This document shows, piece after piece, positions 1 to 8,450 of a DNA stretch of 39,106 nucleotides (position 1 is the first letter of the stretch; each line of letters opens with the position of its first letter). The notes under the pieces are model-generated. The model ran no database searches and was not told the origin of the DNA. It saw nothing but the letters and a program-made list of their open reading frames with translations. Source of the stretch: a virus (Duplodnaviria; Caudoviricetes); IMG/VR virus record IMGVR_UViG_3300037851_000969, positions 1 to 39,106 of that record. The stretch is one strand, 5' to 3'. The position numbers and the translations under genes were made by a program.

Positions 1-2
1 AC

Positions 3-446
3 GGTGGGGGAGGAGGAGCTGGTGGCGGCGGCAGCACCTTCGGCGGCGCAGGAGGCAACGGCGGCGGAGGCGGAGCAGGCAACTCTGGAACGAACTACAA
101 CGACTCCGGCGGCGGGGGCGGTGGCGGCGGCGGTAGTGGCGGGTTCTTGTGCATCGTCTGCCAAGACAACAACAGCACCATCACGATAACCGCGAACGGG
201 GGCAACGGCGGCACGGGTGGGAACGCGAGCACCGACGGAAACGGCGGGGGCGGCGCAGGAGCAGGCGGCGGGGGCGGTGGGGGCGGGATCATCTTCGTCT
301 TCAGCAACGCCGCGTTCAGCAGCGTCACCGTCGCGGGCGGCAGCCTTGGAGCCGCCGGAACTGCAGGCACGCCAGGCGGCGGCAGCGCGAGCGCGGCGAT
401 CGCAGGAAGCACGGGTGTGAAAGTCGAGGCGACGTACTTCGCGTAG
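3..446 (+). CDS. Glycine-rich tail/virion protein, C-terminal part (5'-truncated; probably continues the ORF starting at 38435)
   Basis: Frame 3 is open from base 3: GGGGGAGGGGSTFGGAGGNGGGG...GGSGGFLCIVC...GGIIFVFS...EATYFA*; same Gly-loop style as the ORF at the window end. Confidence 0.8.
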   Translation, partial: GGGGGAGGGGSTFGGAGGNGGGGGAGNSGTNYNDSGGGGGGGGGSGGFLCIVCQDNNSTITITANGGNGGTGGNASTDGNGGGGAGAGGGGGGGGIIFVFSNAAFSSVTVAGGSLGAAGTAGTPGGGSASAAIAGSTGVKVEATYFA

Positions 447-458
447 AGAGGCTTTGCT

Positions 459-1271
459 ATGATTCGACGACTCCTGTACAAACTCCTCCGGCCACAGCCT
501 AAGATCAGGAACGTGCTCGAAACCGGGACCGGTCTCCTCGTCCACGCAACCCCTGATCCGCGCGACTACTATGCCTTGGCGCCGGAGAAAACGTACCCGA
601 CAACATTCTCGCTGCGGAGAGAACAGAGCAAGGTTGAACACCAAGGATTCTACAACTCCTGCGTGGCGCACGCGCAGACGAGCGCGATCGAAGCACTCGC
701 GATCAAGAACGGGTGGCCGGTAGAGTACGAACTGAGCAGGATGGACCTGTTCAACCAGGGACGACAAGCAAGCGGGACGTACCCGGAGAACAGAGGGTGC
801 TTTATCAGAGAGTCGTGGAAAGCCGCGCAGAAGAATGGCGTCACTGTGGAGAAGCTCTTCCCGTACCAGGACAATAACTTCAACGGCGACCTGGACTTGT
901 TCGCGCGCAGCTTCCGAGGATGGCACGTCCCGTTCGTCTACGTCTGGGTGCGGGAACAAGACCACGAGGGAAAAGAACGAGCGATCAAGTACGCGCTGCA
1001 CCACGTCAAAGTGCCCGTCGTGTTCGGCATCAAAGTCGGCACGAGCTTCCGCAACCCCTCACAACCCTACGCGCCACCGAAAGGCGAAACGGGAGGGGCG
1101 CACGCGATGATCATCACAGGGTGGGATGACGAAGAAGGAACGTTCGAGATCCAGAACAGCTGGGGAGAAGGCTGGGCGCGAGGAGGATACTTGCGCGTCC
1201 AGAAGAAATGGCTCCTCGGCAACAGCTTCGATCTGAGCTACCCGCAGGAAAGAGAGGTGAAGCAGCTATGA
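459..1271 (+). CDS. Papain-like cysteine peptidase (C1 family), candidate endolysin analogue
   Basis: HQGFYNSCVAHA (oxyanion Gln, catalytic Cys), GAHAMIITGW (His), QNSWGEGWARGGY (Asn); N-terminal PDPRDY as in prokaryotic C1 enzymes. Confidence 0.9.
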   Translation: MIRRLLYKLLRPQPKIRNVLETGTGLLVHATPDPRDYYALAPEKTYPTTFSLRREQSKVEHQGFYNSCVAHAQTSAIEALAIKNGWPVEYELSRMDLFNQGRQASGTYPENRGCFIRESWKAAQKNGVTVEKLFPYQDNNFNGDLDLFARSFRGWHVPFVYVWVREQDHEGKERAIKYALHHVKVPVVFGIKVGTSFRNPSQPYAPPKGETGGAHAMIITGWDDEEGTFEIQNSWGEGWARGGYLRVQKKWLLGNSFDLSYPQEREVKQL

Positions 1272-1525
1272 CTGCGCGCAGCCACAACGGAGACACCTTC
1301 GTCACGAAGAAAGTGACGAACAACGACATCTACGACCTCGTCGAGACGCTGAATAAGCGAGTCCCGCGAGATCTGACCGAACGCCTCGGCGCGATCGAAG
1401 CGCAGACGACGCGCACGAACGGGAGCGTGCGCGTGCTCAAAGTCAACGTGAAGGGCCTGTGGGCGATGATCGCCGGGATGATCGGCGTGCTCACCTACCT
1501 CGTGACCCTTCACATCGTGAGGTGA
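1268..1525 (+). CDS. Coiled-coil protein with C-terminal transmembrane helix (XhlA/holin-accessory-like)
   Basis: ATG overlaps the protease stop (ATGA), GAGGTGA RBS upstream; ends LWAMIAGMIGVLTYLVTLHIVR. Confidence 0.65.
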   Translation: MTARSHNGDTFVTKKVTNNDIYDLVETLNKRVPRDLTERLGAIEAQTTRTNGSVRVLKVNVKGLWAMIAGMIGVLTYLVTLHIVR

Positions 1526-1529
1526 AACA

Positions 1530-1817
1530 GTGGAACCGTGGATCGTCGGATTATGGACTGCGGGCGGAGCCCTCGCCTACAATGTGTGGGGCTTTATTCG
1601 CGCGTACAACGAAACGAAGAAGACCGCGCTCGAGGAGCGGTTCGAGTGGACGCGGAGTATCGTCACCGTCGCACCCGTTCTCGTCGTTGGTTTCCTGGCT
1701 GGGTACCAGTTGACGCCGAGTACGGTGACGGATATCGTCGGCCTTGTCCTAGCAGGGTTCGGTGCGGCGAGCGCTGCGACGAAGCTCGGGATCGAGAGCT
1801 TCTTCAGGGTCAAGTGA
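1530..1817 (+). CDS. Holin-like small membrane protein (about 3 TM helices)
   Basis: 95 aa, three hydrophobic segments, basic C-terminus, GAGGTGA RBS, last gene before an oligo-T terminator. Confidence 0.65.
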   Translation: MEPWIVGLWTAGGALAYNVWGFIRAYNETKKTALEERFEWTRSIVTVAPVLVVGFLAGYQLTPSTVTDIVGLVLAGFGAASAATKLGIESFFRVK

Positions 1818-1819
1818 GG

Positions 1820-1832
1820 AAAAACTTTTTTT
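1820..1832 (+). terminator. Oligo-T terminator ending the late/lysis operon
   Basis: AAAAACTTTTTTT directly after the stop; the same motif recurs at 10792-10804. Confidence 0.6.
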
Positions 1833-1893
1833 GATTCGCGCTCCCTTGTTGACGACGGAAGTAGGCGACTATTTCAGGGAGGGATTGGAGTTC

Positions 1894-2106
1894 GTGACAG
1901 GCCTGTTATTCTCTCAACACCCCCCGAAACGCGGGCCTGTCACCTCCACTCCTGTCGCAACGACGAAGACCATAGTCACGAGTGCTGATTGTCCACGCTG
2001 CTACGACGGCAAGATCGCAGCGGTGCGCGTGGATCAAGAATTCTACCTGCAGTGCGAGCGGTTCCCGTTCTGTGTGTACCAGGAACGGCTCGAGAAAATT
2101 TTATAA
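1894..2106 (+). CDS. Small protein with topoisomerase-I-type C4 zinc ribbon
   Basis: CPRCYDGKIAAVRVDQEFYLQCERFPFCVYQE; start uncertain (TTG 1885 or GTG 1894). Confidence 0.6.
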   Translation: MTGLLFSQHPPKRGPVTSTPVATTKTIVTSADCPRCYDGKIAAVRVDQEFYLQCERFPFCVYQERLEKIL

Positions 2107-2109
2107 ATA
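2094..2109 (+). promoter_or_regulatory. Archaeal-type BRE/TATA box candidate
   Basis: GAAAATTTTATAAATA in a GC-rich genome, upstream of the non-coding control region. Confidence 0.45.
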
Positions 2110-2148
2110 CGAAGCATCGTGATGGTGCGTAAAACGAGGCCCTCCGAG

Positions 2149-2370
2149 GAGGTAATACCTCAGGGTAAGTCTCGAAAAGAAAGAACTAGAGATATTTTAG
2201 ACCCGGCTCGCAACGGGGTCTAAATCTCGCTGGTTTTTAAGCTTTTCGAGTTTGAGCCTATTAGCAGGTTAGGGAAAAAACGAGCTGACGCGCGCGCACA
2301 GCGGCGCAAGCGCGGCGGCAAGGACTCCCTCATAGCGAAGTGGCTCAGTATTACCCGCAGGTATTACCTC
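2149..2370. repeat. 24-bp imperfect inverted repeat flanking a nested hairpin (operator/origin candidate)
   Basis: 2149-2172 GAGGTAATACCTCAGGGTAAGTCT vs reverse complement of 2347-2370 GAGGTAATACCTGCGGGTAATACT (20/24); inner stems 2171-2179/2242-2250 and 2196-2204/2216-2224. Confidence 0.8.
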
Positions 2371-2415
2371 AAATTTTCGGCTGGCGAATCGTAGCAAGTG
2401 GAGGCGAGACCCCCA

Positions 2416-2757
2416 ATGAAGAAACGTGAATGGATCAGCAGCGTGAAATGGAACGATAAGGCAAAGTTCTACCTTGGGCTCTTCGGCTACCTGGACAGCC
2501 GGACCGGCCGAACGAGGCCGACAGGGCCGAGCTTGAATCGGTTCATCAATGAGGTCGTGATCTCAGCATTCGAGAACCCTGCCAGAAGCCCTTCAGGGGC
2601 CGATTCCAGGGCTGCTGAGCGCGCGCATCTTATCTACCGGCTCCAGACTGCCCAGGCGCGTCGCGACGCGCTGGAGGGGGATATGCGCGCTCTGGCGCAG
2701 CGGATCAACGAGCTCGGCCGGAAAGATGAAAAGGTGATTAGTGTCACTCTCGGGTGA
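2416..2757 (+). CDS. Putative ribbon-helix-helix-like DNA-binding protein with C-terminal coiled coil
   Basis: ISSVKW strand, then helix SLNRFINEVVISAF; heptad tail; GGAGG RBS before ATG 2416; follows the inverted-repeat region. Confidence 0.5.
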   Translation: MKKREWISSVKWNDKAKFYLGLFGYLDSRTGRTRPTGPSLNRFINEVVISAFENPARSPSGADSRAAERAHLIYRLQTAQARRDALEGDMRALAQRINELGRKDEKVISVTLG

Positions 2758-2783
2758 CTCTAAGGACGCGACAACCAGCCACA

Positions 2784-2797
2784 ATATTTATATATAT
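2784..2797 (+). promoter_or_regulatory. TATA box candidate, early operon promoter
   Basis: ATATTTATATATAT about 30 nt upstream of ATG 2828. Confidence 0.55.
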
Positions 2798-2827
2798 GCC
2801 TCCCCTGTGAGTGGCTTGGTGAAAGCG

Positions 2828-2968
2828 ATGAAGAACCCTACATCGACGGTACTGAACGCGAACGACCACCGACAGCTCAAGTGGGCCCTCGAAATTGCCA
2901 CGCAAGAATACGCTGGCGACCTGGCAGCGCTCCTGCGCGCGTGCGACGCGCCAACAAAGGGGTGGTAA
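2828..2968 (+). CDS. Small hypothetical protein
   Basis: GGTGA RBS, ATG 2828, first of a chain of tightly coupled ORFs. Confidence 0.55.
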   Translation: MKNPTSTVLNANDHRQLKWALEIATQEYAGDLAALLRACDAPTKGW

Positions 2969-2969
2969 G

Positions 2970-3161
2970 ATGATCCGCCACCCCCCAGCCGAGTCTATCG
3001 GCGACGGACCCTGTCCCCTGTGTGAGGAGCACAAGACCATCGAGATCAACGGGTTCTGCCCGTCGTGCAACGGCCGAGCCCTGCACGAACTCGAATGGGA
3101 CGAGCTCCTCAGAACGCACGAGCGAGCGATCGACGAGTTCTTCACCGAGGCGGCCCGATGA
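2970..3161 (+). CDS. Small zinc-finger protein
   Basis: CPLC...CPSC; ATG 2 nt after the previous stop. Confidence 0.7.
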   Translation: MIRHPPAESIGDGPCPLCEEHKTIEINGFCPSCNGRALHELEWDELLRTHERAIDEFFTEAAR

Positions 3162-3403
3162 AGAACCACTCACCCTATCAGGGAGACATCAAAGTCTCCG
3201 GGTACATTCCCGTAGCGAAGGCGGTGAGATTCTACGGCGAACGCGATGCACCAGAACAGATCGATCGCGCTGAGAACGATCTGATCGAGCAGACCTTCTA
3301 CTGCGGCCACAAGGCCAGCAGCGCCTCGAAAGTGGTCTGCCGATTCCTCGCGATTGGCGTCATCCCAACGATCCACGCAACCCTCAAGGAGGACGAACGA
3401 TGA
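3158..3403 (+). CDS. Hypothetical protein
   Basis: ATGA overlaps at both ends. Confidence 0.65.
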   Translation: MKNHSPYQGDIKVSGYIPVAKAVRFYGERDAPEQIDRAENDLIEQTFYCGHKASSASKVVCRFLAIGVIPTIHATLKEDER

Positions 3404-3753
3404 TTCTCACCGCGACGATCCACCAAGGATACCCTGATGAGCGCAAGGTCACGATCAACCGTGGCGACGTGCAAGCCTTTCGGCTGCAACACGTCCAGGA
3501 CAAGCACGGCCTCTACTTGTACGCCGAGCTCACCAAGACAGCAGGCGAACGGTTTTTTCCCGAGCGAACAATCCCCGTCAGGGTCTTGATTCTTGCGAAA
3601 GACAACCCGCGCTGCGCGCCGAAGATCAAGGCGAACATCAGGGCGGAGAAACAAAGACGAGCCGACGGGATCAACCCCGGAACCCCCGTGATGAGGGTGT
3701 GGTATTACTGGTGGCTCGACGCGGAACGAGCCTTCAAGGGGTGCACGCAATGA
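3400..3753 (+). CDS. Hypothetical protein
   Basis: ATGA overlap, GGAGG RBS. Confidence 0.7.
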   Translation: MILTATIHQGYPDERKVTINRGDVQAFRLQHVQDKHGLYLYAELTKTAGERFFPERTIPVRVLILAKDNPRCAPKIKANIRAEKQRRADGINPGTPVMRVWYYWWLDAERAFKGCTQ

Positions 3754-3929
3754 GCAGATGGTGTCAGAGTTGCGGACGGCCCATCGAGACGGGCGACGCA
3801 GTAATCAGGGTCACGTACGGACGATTCGTTCCGACAAGACGAACCGACCGGCTCAAGGCGACACGCACAGACGACTTTCACCGAACTTGCCAAGTGGCAA
3901 TCTCCACCAGTGAGGAGGCGTTCCGATGA
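3750..3929 (+). CDS. Small zinc-finger protein
   Basis: CQSC...HRTC; ATGA overlaps. Confidence 0.7.
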   Translation: MSRWCQSCGRPIETGDAVIRVTYGRFVPTRRTDRLKATRTDDFHRTCQVAISTSEEAFR

Positions 3930-4054
3930 GCAACGACGAGCTCTACGACGAGCCGTCACGCCGGACGAGGTGCTGGAACTGCGGCGCCACCGCAACGACG
4001 AGCGTCGGCTGGCGAAGCCTCTGCACTGACTGCAGCCACTACTTCACAGAATGA
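3926..4054 (+). CDS. 42-aa zinc-finger protein (absent from the ORF track)
   Basis: MSNDELYDEPSRRTRCWNCGATATTSVGWRSLCTDCSHYFTE; GAGGAGG RBS, ATGA overlap. Confidence 0.7.
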   Translation: MSNDELYDEPSRRTRCWNCGATATTSVGWRSLCTDCSHYFTE

Positions 4055-4076
4055 AAAACTACGAGGTGAATCGACT

Positions 4077-4574
4077 GTGACGAAGAAAAGGAAGAACTTC
4101 AAGACCGTCGTCGCAAAACCATCTCAGCGCAAGCAGCGACGATCCAAACACATAGAGATGACGACCAAGAACCCGCCTTCGACACCCAGAATGGATGATT
4201 GCGTCGCCGCGATCGCGACGAACGACAAAGTAACTGGCCTGATCGCACGCAAGCGATACTACGACGGGCTCGAATGCGCAATGAGAAAAGGACAGACTGA
4301 AGCGGAATTTCAGGACGGAATCCTCGGACCACAGCAACCAGCAACCGATTCTGCGGAGGAATCGGCGCCCGCCCAGCCGAAGAAGAAACGCAACCTCACC
4401 CTCGCGGAGACTGAGCTCGGCGTCACGATCGTTCTCAGCCACGAGGACTGCCACGCGCTCGGCTACCAGGACGACCAGCAAGCAAGCACGATCCGCCAGG
4501 ACGTGCGCGCCAAGCTCGGCCTGCAGAACCGGAAGCTTTCAAGGACCACCGGGAAGGAAGAGGTCGCCGAGTGA
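4077..4574 (+). CDS. Hypothetical basic protein
   Basis: GAGGTGA RBS, GTG start, 165 aa. Confidence 0.7.
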   Translation: MTKKRKNFKTVVAKPSQRKQRRSKHIEMTTKNPPSTPRMDDCVAAIATNDKVTGLIARKRYYDGLECAMRKGQTEAEFQDGILGPQQPATDSAEESAPAQPKKKRNLTLAETELGVTIVLSHEDCHALGYQDDQQASTIRQDVRAKLGLQNRKLSRTTGKEEVAE

Positions 4575-4798
4575 AAGGGGACTTCAACGCGGCCGCCGCC
4601 ACGCAAGCCGACTGGGACCGATGTCCGGGTCTGCGTGACGAAACAACGAAGGTGGCTGCCACGATGAAAAACCGTGGCGGCCCCTTCGTGCGGCGACTCG
4701 GCGAGGCGCTCGAGCACGCGAACGCGCAAGAAGCCGTGAAGGCTCGTCTCGCCTACCCGGAATACTGGCATTATTTTCTCAAATCGGGGTGCGAGTGA
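4571..4798 (+). CDS. Hypothetical protein
   Basis: GTGA overlap; GGPFVRRLGEAL...PEYW. Confidence 0.7.
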   Translation: MKGDFNAAAATQADWDRCPGLRDETTKVAATMKNRGGPFVRRLGEALEHANAQEAVKARLAYPEYWHYFLKSGCE

Positions 4799-5046
4799 TG
4801 AACATCAAAAAGCAAGGCGACTACACGTACGCGGAGAGCACGACACACAAAGACCTCGAAATCCTGCTCAAGCTGAGCAAGCTCCTCGGAGTCCTGAACG
4901 CGCCGCACCGCCACTTCAACACGACCGACAAAGACGGCCCAGGACTCTACGCGGCGATCGTGTACCGCAGCGAAGACGTCGAGCGGTTCTTCAACGCGCT
5001 CGAAGACAAGGGACTCATCACGAACATCGCACAAGCAACGAGGTGA
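4798..5046 (+). CDS. Hypothetical protein
   Basis: Start overlaps the previous stop (GTG 4795 or ATG 4798). Confidence 0.65.
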   Translation: MNIKKQGDYTYAESTTHKDLEILLKLSKLLGVLNAPHRHFNTTDKDGPGLYAAIVYRSEDVERFFNALEDKGLITNIAQATR

Positions 5047-5053
5047 ACGCAAG

Positions 5054-5515
5054 ATGGGATATGATCGTGAACAAGAAATCAACCGTTCAGACGAGTTTGT
5101 GAGCGAGCCCATTCTGAACCGGAAGATGCTTGAGAAAGACGGCTACCGACCGATGCTCGAAGGACTTGTCGACTTGCCGGAGAAGCTCCGCGCTGTGCGC
5201 AACGAGCTCCTCGCAACGAGACGCAAACTCGACGGCGTCCAGTCCGAACGCCAGGATATCGAACGCCGAGTCTTCAGTGAGATTTGCGCGCAGAAAAGCG
5301 AAGACGGAAAGAACGCGTATACGAACGAGAAAGCGCGGGAGACGGCAACGGCGGAGAAACTGAAGAAGGACTCGCGCGACCAGGAACTCTGCGTCCAGGA
5401 GAGCGAACTCATCTACAAGCAGCACGACGCGACGACGAGACTCGAATACCTGCAAGACGTGCAACGCAGCTTAAAACTCATCATCCAAGTGCTCGATCTG
5501 AAACGGGAGGACTGA
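5054..5515 (+). CDS. Coiled-coil protein
   Basis: GAGGTGA RBS; long heptad helices around YTNEKARE. Confidence 0.75.
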   Translation: MGYDREQEINRSDEFVSEPILNRKMLEKDGYRPMLEGLVDLPEKLRAVRNELLATRRKLDGVQSERQDIERRVFSEICAQKSEDGKNAYTNEKARETATAEKLKKDSRDQELCVQESELIYKQHDATTRLEYLQDVQRSLKLIIQVLDLKRED

Positions 5516-5519
5516 AAAA

Positions 5520-5924
5520 ATGACGACTCACGAAGAAGCCAAGAAGACGCGCCGCCTGGAAGAACGCGGCAAAGCAATCGCTGACGACAAGATCGCTGCG
5601 ATGAGGAGCGCCACGTGCGCGTGGCCGGGTTGCAGCAAGAAGAACTTTATGTTCTGCAGCCTGCAGCTGTTCAAGACGGAAGGAGAAGGCGATCCCGTGC
5701 CGGAGAAAGGTGTGAGCGTGCCGATACCGTACTGCGATCTGCACTTCCACTACGCCGCCGCCGGACTCATCCAAGTCGTGAAGCGGCCAGACCAGGAAGG
5801 CACGGACAACGTCGGCGTGAACGCGAACTACCAGGCTATCGAGCTGTGCGAAGCAGTCTTCAAGGCGCTCACGATGCACGAGAAAATGAAAGGCGCACAC
5901 CAACCGGAGGAGGATGCAGAATGA
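5520..5924 (+). CDS. Hypothetical protein with Cys/His metal-binding motifs
   Basis: CAWPGC...YCDLH; GGAGG RBS. Confidence 0.7.
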   Translation: MTTHEEAKKTRRLEERGKAIADDKIAAMRSATCAWPGCSKKNFMFCSLQLFKTEGEGDPVPEKGVSVPIPYCDLHFHYAAAGLIQVVKRPDQEGTDNVGVNANYQAIELCEAVFKALTMHEKMKGAHQPEEDAE

Positions 5925-6571
5925 TCGTGGAACAACCAGGCTTCAGTGTCGTTATCAAAGTGGAGAAGGTCAGCGTGCAACAGGGCAAGCGCACCGGCGT
6001 CGCAGCGAACGGCGTCTGGTACAACGCCGTCACGGACGAAGCGGACGCGCGCCTCAAAGCGATCGATGAAGGCGACACGGTCAAGCTCACCGGGCAAGTG
6101 AACGAATGGAAGGGGAAGAAGTACCTGAACGTAGACTCTGTCGATGTCATCGAAGCCTCGAAAGAGAAACCCCTACGGGAAGAGCGCGTCGGCACGAAAA
6201 AAGGTGTGAGCACGAGCTACCGGGAACTCTGCGGAGAAGAGAACATCATCGAGCTCCAGGGGAAGGAATACGTGACGCACCAGGGACTCGTCAACGCGGC
6301 GCACAAGCTCGGCCTGCAGAGCATCACGACCGAGATCATCAGCCACGATCCGGTCAAGCAGCAGGCCATCATCAAGGCGACGGCGACGATGAAAGACGAG
6401 GACGGGACGCGTACCTTCCAGGGGATTGGTGACGCGAGCCCGGAAAACCTGAGCGGAATGGTGAAAGCAGCGTACATCAGGATGGCCGAGACGCGAGCAG
6501 TCAACCGCTCATTGCGCCTCGCGACGAAGATCGCCGTGACGAGCATCGAAGAGCTCGACAGAGACAACTGA
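5921..6571 (+). CDS. OB-fold domain fused to a Rad52/Sak-like single-strand annealing domain
   Basis: N-terminal beta-rich GDTVKLTGQVNEWKGKKYLNV; C-terminal LQGKEYVTHQGL...FQGIGDA...IRMAETRAVNRSLRLA...SIEEL; true start ATG 5921 after GGAGG. Confidence 0.7.
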   Translation: MIVEQPGFSVVIKVEKVSVQQGKRTGVAANGVWYNAVTDEADARLKAIDEGDTVKLTGQVNEWKGKKYLNVDSVDVIEASKEKPLREERVGTKKGVSTSYRELCGEENIIELQGKEYVTHQGLVNAAHKLGLQSITTEIISHDPVKQQAIIKATATMKDEDGTRTFQGIGDASPENLSGMVKAAYIRMAETRAVNRSLRLATKIAVTSIEELDRDN

Positions 6572-6589
6572 AAAAAGGAGGAGAAGACG

Positions 6590-6847
6590 ATGGTAGAACT
6601 ACGAATCGAAGCGACCGTGAAGAAGATCAAGAAAGTGGACGAGCGAGACAAAGACACGGAGAACGACTACGCCGTGATCAGCTTCGAGCGCGCGATCGGG
6701 CCGAACTTCAACATCAAACTGAACAGCAACGAAGCCATCGGCCTCACACCGAAAGACCCGGTGATGCTCACCATCAAGAGTGCGCAGCAGACAGTGACGG
6801 AAGCAATGCAAGGCGTCAAGGACAAGCCGAAAAAGCCACGGAAGTGA
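6590..6847 (+). CDS. Hypothetical protein
   Basis: AGGAGG RBS, 85 aa, beta-rich. Confidence 0.7.
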   Translation: MVELRIEATVKKIKKVDERDKDTENDYAVISFERAIGPNFNIKLNSNEAIGLTPKDPVMLTIKSAQQTVTEAMQGVKDKPKKPRK

Positions 6848-6854
6848 AGCCTTG

Positions 6855-7136
6855 ATGGATGACGAGACGATCGCACGCGCCAAGACGATCGTGAAGCGCG
6901 GAGAACTCCTCGAATGCGAGGACAGCACGCCGAGCTTTAAACACTTCTTCGTGCGGCAACGACGAGGCTGCGAGACGGAAGTGTGGCTGATGGAAGGCCC
7001 GCACGGACCAATCTGGAGCTGCAACGCCGTCGCCGAAGGAGGACAATGGGGTTGCGTCCAGCACCGAGGGGACCGGAGCAAGCCGTTCTGCAGCCACACC
7101 CTCGCCGTCGCAATCAAGACTGGAGGGGTGCGATGA
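6855..7136 (+). CDS. SWIM-like zinc-finger protein
   Basis: WSC...GC...FCSHTLAV. Confidence 0.6.
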   Translation: MDDETIARAKTIVKRGELLECEDSTPSFKHFFVRQRRGCETEVWLMEGPHGPIWSCNAVAEGGQWGCVQHRGDRSKPFCSHTLAVAIKTGGVR

Positions 7137-7535
7137 ATGGGACGCGGAAAGTTCACGGCGGCCGAAAAGAAACGACACAGCGAAGCGATGAGAAAGGCGT
7201 GGGTGACGCGCCGAATCCGCGCGCAGAAGAAACAATGGGGTGTTCAGAACGGCGCGCTCGTCTGGCACAAGAACGCGATGTTCAGGAAAAGAGGACGTCC
7301 CGCAACGGTGCGCGCCCCTGCAAAACCGTGGAGCGGCACGATGGTCAGACCACGGAAAGACGAGGAGTATATGACGCGTCAACGCGCCGAAACCAAAGCC
7401 CGAGAACGATCGGAAGACACTGAAGAATACCCCGGATTCAACCGGATGGGAGGACCTGATGGACGAGGATCAAACACGCATCAGAGCAGAGTTCAAGACG
7501 ATGAAGACCACGGTCCGGGAAGTCTTGGCTGCTGA
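7137..7535 (+). CDS. Basic putative DNA-binding protein (AT-hook-like RKRGRP)
   Basis: Highly basic N-terminal half; 3' end overlaps the next gene by 77 nt. Confidence 0.5.
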   Translation: MGRGKFTAAEKKRHSEAMRKAWVTRRIRAQKKQWGVQNGALVWHKNAMFRKRGRPATVRAPAKPWSGTMVRPRKDEEYMTRQRAETKARERSEDTEEYPGFNRMGGPDGRGSNTHQSRVQDDEDHGPGSLGC

Positions 7536-7866
7536 CGCGCGCAGCCGCAACGACGACAAGTGGCTCATCATCCAGACGCTCCGACGCATCGGCAAGGACG
7601 TGAGAATCGAAGGTAGCCCGTACAATGATGGTGACGAGACGTCGCACATCATCTGGGTGATCCCGGTGAACGAGCTCGGCACGATTCCCAGTTTCGAGAC
7701 GATTCGCCGGGTGCGCGCGGAGATCCAGAACGTTGACGGAGAATACCTCCCGACCGACCCGGTCGTCTTGCTCAAGCGCAAGATCCGAGAAGCCGTGATC
7801 AGGCAATACTACCAGGGGCAGACGATCCTGCAGGAATACCTGGACCTCGTGTACAATGTGAAATAA
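7459..7866 (+). CDS. Viral helix-turn-helix-like protein
   Basis: RSRNDDKWL...PSFETIRRVRAEIQN.DGEYLPTD; GGAGG RBS. Confidence 0.7.
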   Translation: MDEDQTRIRAEFKTMKTTVREVLAADARSRNDDKWLIIQTLRRIGKDVRIEGSPYNDGDETSHIIWVIPVNELGTIPSFETIRRVRAEIQNVDGEYLPTDPVVLLKRKIREAVIRQYYQGQTILQEYLDLVYNVK

Positions 7867-7909
7867 ATCACCAAAGAGGTTAAAAAGTGGCTTATAAAAA
7901 GAAAAAGAC

Positions 7910-8227
7910 GTGCCTCGGCGTCACAGTCACGACGAGCTCACCAGCGAACTCGCCGACCGGCTCAAGGATTCGGGCAACTACCGAAGCCTCAACCTCTACG
8001 AGACCTACCAAGCCAAAGGCTACTGCGGCGAGTACGACATCGCCGCGCGACGACACAACGGCCGCTTCGTCTACTTCGAAGTCAAGAGCAGCGACCACCA
8101 CTCGTGCATCAAACGCGCAGAAGCGCAATTCATCAGATTCTTCAAAGCGTACCCGCAACGAAACGCGGTGTGCGTCCTGTACACGCCGAAAAGAGTCCGG
8201 CTCTACCATCGAGACCACTTCTCATAA
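7910..8227 (+). CDS. PD-(D/E)xK endonuclease (resolvase-like)
   Basis: GEYDIAAR...VYFEVKS; preceded by AT-rich intergenic sequence 7861-7906. Confidence 0.75.
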   Translation: MPRRHSHDELTSELADRLKDSGNYRSLNLYETYQAKGYCGEYDIAARRHNGRFVYFEVKSSDHHSCIKRAEAQFIRFFKAYPQRNAVCVLYTPKRVRLYHRDHFS

Positions 8228-8231
8228 CAAG

Positions 8232-8444
8232 ATGCCGAAGAGTCCGAGCATCGAGAATCTGCGAGAACGACGAGGGCGCATCAGCAAGCGCCTCCAACGA
8301 GAAATCGCGGCGAGCAAAGCGCTCCGAACCGAATGGGAAGTCGACACGATCGGCCTGTTCCGATGCCGGAGTTGCCGCAAACAACTCCCCGACAACCTCC
8401 GTCACGAGAAAGGACGGTGCAAACTGTGTGACGGCGAGGCGTGA
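8232..8444 (+). CDS. Small zinc-finger protein
   Basis: CRSC...CKLC. Confidence 0.65.
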   Translation: MPKSPSIENLRERRGRISKRLQREIAASKALRTEWEVDTIGLFRCRSCRKQLPDNLRHEKGRCKLCDGEA

Positions 8445-8450
8445 AGAAAA

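Noticed and set aside
4-189. Ala-rich 61-aa ORF as the continuation of the terminal gene on direct circularisation
   Set aside because: It is an off-frame reading of poly-Gly codons; the coherent continuation is frame 3
2107-2400. CRISPR mini-array or tRNA in the non-coding regions
   Set aside because: Repeats are inverted rather than regularly spaced direct repeats, and no cloverleaf with a T-loop consensus was found here or at 11283-11528
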